From: Clostridiales bacterium | GTDB taxonomy: Bacteria; Bacillota; Clostridia; Lachnospirales; Lachnospiraceae | Reading direction: 5' to 3' | Assembly (NCBI GenBank): GCA_021201535.1 | Contig: JAJQEU010000109.1 | Location: forward strand, 1,998-65,997 | Length of the DNA: 64,000 bases | Shown: positions 58,095 through 64,000 of the stretch, piece after piece | How the letters are laid out: each line of letters starts with the position of its first letter | Numbering within the stretch: the stretch's first letter is position 1 | Translations under genes and position numbers: made by a program | The notes under the pieces: generated by a model | What the model saw: only the letters and a program-made list of their open reading frames with translations | Database searches by the model: none | Told to the model about the DNA's origin: nothing

Positions 58095-58757
58095 TTATAT
58101 GCTTTCCGATCCGTCCGGAAGCGGCGCGGGACGAACGCCGACGCGTACCACCTGAAACCGCTCTCTGCCGTTCTCTTCCTGTCGCGACAGCGTCGTAACG
58201 CCTCCGCCGGGCTGCGGAATCGCCATCACATCTTTTGCGCTTTTCATTTCAATCTGTTCTGTCAGACATATGGCCGCGCGTATAACACCCGCATGCGCGA
58301 CGACGATCAGATCATCCTCCGGCGTCTGCCGGGAAAGCAGAGACAGTTCTTTCAGGAAGCGCTCTCCGGCCTCCCGAAAGGTTTCCGCGCCCGGCACCCG
58401 ATAATCGCCAATGTTCTCTCCTCTCTTTTCATATTCCCCGGGATACCGCTCCCTGATTTCACGAAACGTCAGACCGTCCCAGGCGCCCATGGACGCTTCC
58501 CGCAGATTCTCCCGCACCAGAATATCTGGTTTTCCATCGGAAAACAGCAGATCTGCGCTTTCCCTGCAGCGCAGCAGCGGACTGGTATAGACTTTTCCCC
58601 CGGTACAGATCCTTTGCTCTGCCATCTGTCCCGCAAACCAGTTTCCCAACAGTTCCATCTGCCGGATCCCGCGCGCGCTGAGCGGGAGATCCGTACAGCC
58701 GATGCAGCGTCCCTCCCGGCGCGCCGCCGTTTCCCCGTGTCTGATAAGATAGATCAT
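58095..58757 (-). CDS. Histidine phosphatase (PGAM/CobC-like)
   Basis: IRHGET, TSPL.RC, E...G.WDG, GAE and VVAHAGVIR. Confidence 0.9.
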   Translation of the reverse strand: MIYLIRHGETAARREGRCIGCTDLPLSARGIRQMELLGNWFAGQMAEQRICTGGKVYTSPLLRCRESADLLFSDGKPDILVRENLREASMGAWDGLTFREIRERYPGEYEKRGENIGDYRVPGAETFREAGERFLKELSLLSRQTPEDDLIVVAHAGVIRAAICLTEQIEMKSAKDVMAIPQPGGGVTTLSRQEENGRERFQVVRVGVRPAPLPDGSESI

Positions 58758-58760
58758 CCT

Positions 58761-59681
58761 TTACCCCTGCTTTATGAAAACCGCCGTCCCGTGAAGATCC
58801 ATAAGGGGAACGACAAACAAACCGTTTTCCTCACAGTAACGCCGCGCCGCCCTGCGGACGCCCGGAAACTGCAGGCTGTTATAATCATGGAGGACAATGC
58901 ATCCGCCCGCCGCCAGCCTGGGATAGAAAAACCGCAGCCCCTGATAAACCGGCTCGCCAAGATCAGGATCCAGACTGACCAGCGCAAGTTCTCCCATCTC
59001 ATCCGACAGTCCCCCCGAAACACTATCCGGGAAATATCCTGCAATCAGGCGCGCCTTCTCAGGATAAGGAAGCCTTTTTTCGACTGTCTCCACACTCGTA
59101 TCCGAGAAATCGCACAGACGCGCAGAGGCCTTTCTTCCATCGGGGACAATCCTCCTCTCGATCTCGAGATCCCGCGCATCAAAACCACAGAACGTGTCAA
59201 ACAGAAAAAGCCGGCGTTCGGGAAACAGCCGGTTCAGCTCGACCGCCGTATCTCCCCGATAGACGCCAAGCTCCGCAATGCTGCCGGAGACTCCTCTCTC
59301 TCGGATTTCCCGCGCCAGCAAACGGATCACGGCAAGCCTGGCGTCCTGGCTGCCGCGGTAAAACAGAGCCTCCCTTATGTCCCCCACAAAACCGGCCTGT
59401 AAAATCTGATTTTTGATCCCGGTATTCGCCTGTCTGTTTAAAGTCCCGATACAGATCACATCCGGCCGCCGATCCAAAGCACACAACAGCGGCAGGACCG
59501 GAACGCCATCGATCTCGCTTCCCTGCAATGTTTCATCGTTATCAATATAACAGATCAGCTGGTGATCCGCAGGCAGCCAGGCCGAAATCATCCGCCCAGC
59601 CTGCCCGGCGCCGAAAATTGCCGTTCGAACCGCGTCATTCGTCCGGTCGTTGATTCTGTCACACTTTTTAATTGTCGTCAT
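58761..59681 (-). CDS. TylF/MycF/NovP-family O-methyltransferase with an N-terminal Rossmann-like domain
   Basis: IFGAGQAG N-domain; AELGVYRG, LFDTFCGF, GYFPDS, LVSLDPDL and LHDY; ATGA overlap with xdhC. Confidence 0.85.
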   Translation of the reverse strand: MTTIKKCDRINDRTNDAVRTAIFGAGQAGRMISAWLPADHQLICYIDNDETLQGSEIDGVPVLPLLCALDRRPDVICIGTLNRQANTGIKNQILQAGFVGDIREALFYRGSQDARLAVIRLLAREIRERGVSGSIAELGVYRGDTAVELNRLFPERRLFLFDTFCGFDARDLEIERRIVPDGRKASARLCDFSDTSVETVEKRLPYPEKARLIAGYFPDSVSGGLSDEMGELALVSLDPDLGEPVYQGLRFFYPRLAAGGCIVLHDYNSLQFPGVRRAARRYCEENGLFVVPLMDLHGTAVFIKQG

Positions 59682-60718
59682 ATTGCCTCCAGGAGTACAT
59701 CCAGAACACCGCCGCAGACCATGCCCTCGTCCTCCGCTGCCTCCGCGGTCATATCTACATGAATCAGCTCCGGTGTGAAGGAATCCCTGATCATAAGCTG
59801 CCGGCCACGGTTTGCCACCTCGGCTTCCACACAGCCGCCGCCGATCGTTCCGATCGTCCTTCCATCCGGCAGAATCAGCATCTTGGTTCCGGTCTCCCGA
59901 GGTGCGGAACCCCTGCGCCTGACAATCGTCGCCAGAACCTCTCTGGATGCGCCGCACCCCGGAATCTCCGGAGGCTCCAGAATGCCTTTTAATATTTCCT
60001 TTGAGTATCCGCAGTGATTCTTTTTCTTATTCTTGACCTCCACAATCTGAGCCATGACCGAGATCGCGATTTCTTCCGGGGTCTCCGCCCCGATATCCAG
60101 GCCGATCGGAGAATAGACCTGATCCAGCACGCTTTTATCTACTCCCTCCGCAACAAGAGATTCCTTCACAAGAGCGACCCTCCGCCGGCTTCCGATCATA
60201 CCGATATAACCGTGCGGCTTTGCCGCGATCGCCCGCAGACATTCCCTGTCATACCGATGCCCTCTGGTCACGATCACAAAATAGGTGTCCGCGTCTCCGC
60301 TCACCTGCCGGAGGCTGTTTTCAAAAGAATCAACAAGAATTTCATCAGTGCCCTGCCGTCTCGCGTTGTTTGCGTACGTCGGCCGATCCTCCAGTACGGT
60401 AACATGGCAGCCCAGCATCCGACCCATGGAAATGATCGGCATGGACACATGCCCGCCGCCGCAAATCACAATTTTTTTCTCGTTTCCGAGTATCTCACTG
60501 TAAATACGATTCCCCGCCAGATCGGCCAGACCGCAGATATCAATCCCTGAAATTGCTTTTTCGTAACTGGAAAAAAAGCCCCTGTCCTCTGTTTCCCACA
60601 CGAGTTTTCCATTTGAAAACAGCGCTTTTTTTCCGATTTGATCACCCTCGATCACTGTAAAGACCTGATTCCTGTAATTTGGGTTGATCCTGCTGATTTT
60701 TTCATATAATTCGATCAT
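59678..60718 (-). CDS. XdhC/CoxI family Moco chaperone (Rossmann domain before the CoxI domain)
   Basis: GGGHVS, IVTRGH..D, YIGMIGSRR, PIGLDIGAETPEEIAIS, GSAPR..G.KM, GTIGGGC.E and CGG. Confidence 0.92.
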   Translation of the reverse strand: MIELYEKISRINPNYRNQVFTVIEGDQIGKKALFSNGKLVWETEDRGFFSSYEKAISGIDICGLADLAGNRIYSEILGNEKKIVICGGGHVSMPIISMGRMLGCHVTVLEDRPTYANNARRQGTDEILVDSFENSLRQVSGDADTYFVIVTRGHRYDRECLRAIAAKPHGYIGMIGSRRRVALVKESLVAEGVDKSVLDQVYSPIGLDIGAETPEEIAISVMAQIVEVKNKKKNHCGYSKEILKGILEPPEIPGCGASREVLATIVRRRGSAPRETGTKMLILPDGRTIGTIGGGCVEAEVANRGRQLMIRDSFTPELIHVDMTAEAAEDEGMVCGGVLDVLLEAI

Positions 60719-60766
60719 ATAAAGCCCCTCCATTCTGATCTGATTCATATGATATTGCTATTGCTT

Positions 60767-61711
60767 CTACATAATATTCTCCCGCCGCCAGTCAGCGTCC
60801 GGAAAGATATCGTCATACTTCTTTTTCGCAAACTCTTCTATCTGGCCCACGTATTCCTCATACAACGCCAGCAGCCGTCTGCCCCGTTCGGACACTGACG
60901 CCGTGCCTCCGTTTCGTCCGCCCGGCTTTCGCTCAATAATGCGATAGCCCAGTTCATCCTCCGCGAGCTTAATGATATGCCATCCCTTGCTGTAGGAAAT
61001 ACCCATTTTTTCACACGCATCCCGGACATTTCCCAATCGATCTACCAGACGCAGCAGCGTGGCCGTTCCCTGACCGAAAAAATGCTGTTTACCGGCCAGA
61101 TGCACCCGCACCTCCGCCCGCATCAGACGCTGATCGTGAAGACGTACCAGTCTCTCAAAATCCGTCTGCGTATCTGCGTCAATCATGGCGCCTTCATCCG
61201 TTACCGGAAGCAGATACGGCACGATATCCATGGACAAAAAAGCTCCTTTCAGCCCTCCTTCACCCTCATAACGCAGAATGTCCGGCAGCAGCCCGGCGTC
61301 GATCAGAACCGGATGCCCCCACTTTTCCCGGCTGACGGGTATAATCAGCGGTTCTTCCCGCGAAAGCTCTTCATGCACCGTATGTTCCGTAAACAAAGCG
61401 ACATCCGCCGGGCAGAAAAAGACGCGGTCACACCGTCCTTTAAGAAAATCAAAACCGATTTTTGCCGAGTCAAGCATCTGCGTCGTCTCGTAATTGCGAT
61501 TCTCCAGGAAAGTAACTCCCAGATTGTTCAGGCTTTTCCTTAACTCCTCCGAGCGGTAACCGGTAACCACAACGATGTCCCTGACCCCGCATTTTCTGAA
61601 ATTTACAATGACCCTTTCCGTCAGCATCATGTCCCCGATCTTCATCATCTGTTTAAACTGCTTCATTCGGGTGGACATGCCCGCCGCAGCAATTACCGCA
61701 CCTGTTCTCAC
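60767..61711 (-). CDS. MocA/MobA-like nucleotidyltransferase fused to a ModE-type winged HTH
   Basis: IAAAGMSTRM, D...F, GHPVLI and DADT..D; C-terminal A...MGISYSKGW...ER..GG..GG...S..G. Confidence 0.85.
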   Translation of the reverse strand: MRTGAVIAAAGMSTRMKQFKQMMKIGDMMLTERVIVNFRKCGVRDIVVVTGYRSEELRKSLNNLGVTFLENRNYETTQMLDSAKIGFDFLKGRCDRVFFCPADVALFTEHTVHEELSREEPLIIPVSREKWGHPVLIDAGLLPDILRYEGEGGLKGAFLSMDIVPYLLPVTDEGAMIDADTQTDFERLVRLHDQRLMRAEVRVHLAGKQHFFGQGTATLLRLVDRLGNVRDACEKMGISYSKGWHIIKLAEDELGYRIIERKPGGRNGGTASVSERGRRLLALYEEYVGQIEEFAKKKYDDIFPDADWRRENIM

Positions 61712-61752
61712 ACTGACACCGCCTGTTTTTTCTTTTAGTTTATTTTAAAAAA

Positions 61753-61791
61753 AATAATCGGTCATGTAGCCTATACTACAAACCGATTATT
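61753..61791 (-). terminator. Terminator after aspS
   Basis: AATAATCGGT...ACCGATTATT stem with inner TGTAG/CTACA and a T-run on the minus strand. Confidence 0.7.
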
Positions 61792-61800
61792 ATTTACAAG

Positions 61801-61820
61801 CCCCCGGCTGAAGCCGGGGG
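61801..61820. repeat. CCCCCGGCT palindrome, copy 3
   Basis: CCCCCGGCTGAAGCCGGGGG, 15 nt after the aspS stop. Confidence 0.75.
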
Positions 61821-61835
61821 GGCATCTTTGCTTCC

Positions 61836-63620
61836 CTATATTTTCCGGATTGCCAAACCCAGTTCCTCCAATTGCTTCGCATCCACCGCACCCGGCGCAT
61901 CCGTAAGCAGGCACGATGCATCCTTTACCTTCGGGAACGCGATCACATCGCGGATTGATTCTGCCTGTACCATAAGCATCACCATACGATCCAGACCGTA
62001 AGCCAGTCCCGCATGGGGAGGCACGCCATACTTGAAAGCCTCAAGCAAAAATCCGAACTGTGCCCACGCCTGCTCCTGCGTAAAGCCCAGCACCTCGAAC
62101 ATCTTTTCCTGAATATCGTTCTGATGGATACGGACAGAACCTCCGCCCAGCTCCGTACCGTTCAGCACGATATCATAAGCCTTCGCGCGCACCGCGCCGG
62201 GGTCGGAATCAATCTTATCCCAGTCCTCCTCCATCGGCATGGTAAACGGGTGATGCATCGCCTTGAAGCGATTCTCCTCGTCTGACCATTCCAGGAGAGG
62301 GAACTCTGTCACCCAGAGGAAATTGAACTGCTTCGGATCCAGGAGTTCCATCTCCCTCGCCATGTGCAGGCGAAGCGCGCCGAGCACATCCCAGACCACT
62401 TTATTTTTATCTGCAGCAAACAGCAGCAGGTCGCCCGGCTTTCCGCCCATAGCGTCAATCAGTGCCTGCAGTCCTTCCTCCGTGAAAAATTTGGAGAAAG
62501 AGGATTTTTTCGTTCCGTCTGTTTTACACTGGATGTACGCAAGTCCTTTCGCGCCGTAGGTCTTTGCCAGATCCACAAGCTTATCGGTCTGCTTGCGTCC
62601 CAGATCGCCCTTGCCGGGAACACAGATACCGCGGACGCTGCCGCCGTTCTCCAGCGCGTTCGCAAACACGCCGAACTCACAGCCCCTCACAGTCTCAGAG
62701 ACATCGACCAGTTCCATCCCGAAACGGGTGTCCGGCTTGTCCGAACCGAAGCGGTCCATCGCCTCCTGCCAGGTCATGCGCGGAATCGGCAGCGGTATCT
62801 CGACGCCGATCGCTTTACGGAACACATACTGCAACAGCCGCTCGTTGACGTCAATCACATCATCCACATCCACAAAAGCCATCTCCATGTCCGCCTGCGT
62901 AAACTCCGGCTGGCGGTCCGCACGCAGATCCTCATCGCGGAAGCAGCGCGCAATCTGGAAATAGCGGTCGTATCCGGAGCACATCAGCAGCTGCTTGAAC
63001 AGCTGCGGCGACTGGGGCAGAGCATAAAAATTGCCCGGATGAACACGGCTCGGTACCAGATAATCTCTGGCACCCTCCGGCGTCGATTTCGTCAGCATCG
63101 GTGTTTCGATTTCCAGAAAACCTTCCTTCGCCATAAACTCCCGCAGCAGATAAGCAACTCTGCTGCGCAGCATCAGGTTGCGCTGAATGTCCGGCCGCCT
63201 CAGATCCAGATAACGATATTTCAGACGGATGTCGTCCCTCGTCTGGGAATTCTCCTCGATGGGGAACGGCGGCGTATCAGACTCAGAGAGAATTCGGATC
63301 GACTCCGCGATCACCTCGATATCTCCGGTTTTCAGATTTTCATTGACCGCGGCAGCGCGCTTCTGGATGATCCCCTCCACTGCAATCACAAACTCATTTC
63401 GAAGTGTGCCGGCCTTCGCAAAGCCCTCAGCGCCGACATTGTTCTCATCAAATACGATCTGAAGCAGACCCGAACGATCTCTCAAATCGATAAAAATCAG
63501 GCTGCCCAGATTCCTCCTCCTCTGCACCCAGCCCATCACGGTGACTTTTGTACCCGTATCGGAGGCGGATACCTCCGTACATCTGTGGGACCGCTTCAGG
63601 CCCCGCATAGACTCTGCCAT
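61836..63620 (-). CDS. aspS: Aspartyl-tRNA synthetase
   Basis: GWVQRRR, LKYRYLDLRR, EGARDY, CFRDED, HHPFT and PPHAGLAYGLDR. Confidence 0.97.
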   Translation of the reverse strand: MAESMRGLKRSHRCTEVSASDTGTKVTVMGWVQRRRNLGSLIFIDLRDRSGLLQIVFDENNVGAEGFAKAGTLRNEFVIAVEGIIQKRAAAVNENLKTGDIEVIAESIRILSESDTPPFPIEENSQTRDDIRLKYRYLDLRRPDIQRNLMLRSRVAYLLREFMAKEGFLEIETPMLTKSTPEGARDYLVPSRVHPGNFYALPQSPQLFKQLLMCSGYDRYFQIARCFRDEDLRADRQPEFTQADMEMAFVDVDDVIDVNERLLQYVFRKAIGVEIPLPIPRMTWQEAMDRFGSDKPDTRFGMELVDVSETVRGCEFGVFANALENGGSVRGICVPGKGDLGRKQTDKLVDLAKTYGAKGLAYIQCKTDGTKKSSFSKFFTEEGLQALIDAMGGKPGDLLLFAADKNKVVWDVLGALRLHMAREMELLDPKQFNFLWVTEFPLLEWSDEENRFKAMHHPFTMPMEEDWDKIDSDPGAVRAKAYDIVLNGTELGGGSVRIHQNDIQEKMFEVLGFTQEQAWAQFGFLLEAFKYGVPPHAGLAYGLDRMVMLMVQAESIRDVIAFPKVKDASCLLTDAPGAVDAKQLEELGLAIRKI

Positions 63621-63634
63621 AATAAATTTCCTTT

Positions 63635-64000
63635 CTAGTTTTTATAGAACTCTACGAACTCCCCGTATCCCTCTTTCTCCAGCTGCTCCTTCTGAAACTT
63701 TTTATTCTTATTCATACGAATCACCAGTACCTGCTCTCCCGCGGCTCTCGCCTCCTGCGCCTGCGCGATCACTTCCACCAGACGATCTCCCGGGAAGCCC
63801 TTTTCAATCAGGTAAGCCGTCTTCTTCGGCTGCTCGGGAATCTGAAATCCGCTCTCCATCAGAAGAAGGATAATCCGCTCAAAGCCGATGGAAAATCCGC
63901 AGGCAGGGACATCTCTGCCGGTGAAATTCCCGACCATCTTATCATAGCGGCCGCCGCCTCCGCAGCTGCCGCCGAACTCAGGCATGGCGATCTCGAAGAT
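63635..64000 (-). CDS. hisS: Histidyl-tRNA synthetase, C-terminal part (runs off the right edge)
   Basis: GGGGRYD and GFSIGFERI; upstream of aspS in the usual hisS-aspS order. Confidence 0.9.
   Translation of the reverse strand: MFEIAMPEFGGSCGGGGRYDKMVGNFTGRDVPACGFSIGFERIILLLMESGFQIPEQPKKTAYLIEKGFPGDRLVEVIAQAQEARAAGEQVLVIRMNKNKKFQKEQLEKEGYGEFVEFYKN

Noticed and set aside
51228-59402. Long plus-strand ORFs (51228..52442, 54442..55686, 55702..56625, 58014..59402)
   Set aside because: Antisense shadows of GC-rich genes with clear motifs on the minus strand.
59682-59957. N-terminal extension of the TylF ORF
   Set aside because: Overlaps xdhC in another frame; the ATGA-coupled start at 59681 is preferred.
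1-64000. rRNA, tRNA, riboswitch or prophage/integrase genes
   Set aside because: None recognised by eye; a covariance-model scan (tRNAscan-SE, Infernal) would be needed to exclude small RNAs.

Overview
A 64-kb window from a Lachnospiraceae-like Clostridia genome, inferred from gene content and order. It has three parts. (1) 1-34.7 kb is mostly core genes: lysS (partial), greA, dusB, coaX, birA, argF, SPFH/NfeD, cell-wall hydrolases, pgi, murG and a HIT protein. It also carries a non-pyrrolysine MttB methyltransferase with a sodium:solute symporter, a two-subunit CoA-transferase, and a hexitol PTS locus with a YggP/SorE-type dehydrogenase and a 1-phosphofructokinase but no mtlD. (2) 34.8-44.5 kb is a visibly more AT-rich accessory module. 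It holds a YhcG/PDDEXK nuclease carrying a fused DinJ-antitoxin tail next to a decapitated yafQ remnant. It also holds an OmpR-type two-component system with a lipoprotein/permease/ABC operon, in which one permease is split by an intact IS. (3) 44.8-61.7 kb is a ~17-kb xanthine-oxidase-family molybdoenzyme locus with 4-hydroxybenzoyl-CoA-reductase-like motifs. It includes cofactor-maturation genes, a VWA/LRR/MoxR trio, several apparent pseudoenzymes (dead AroD, lidless RsbW-like protein, trigger factor without its PPIase domain or ribosome motif) and two tandem Crp/Fnr regulators. aspS and the 3' end of hisS close the window. Three CCCCCGGCTnnAGCCGGGGG palindromes mark the borders of the two accessory modules, and a 27-bp REP-like repeat is dispersed through the core part. 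No rRNA, tRNA or CRISPR array was seen. All family calls come from motif recognition by eye; no database searches were run.
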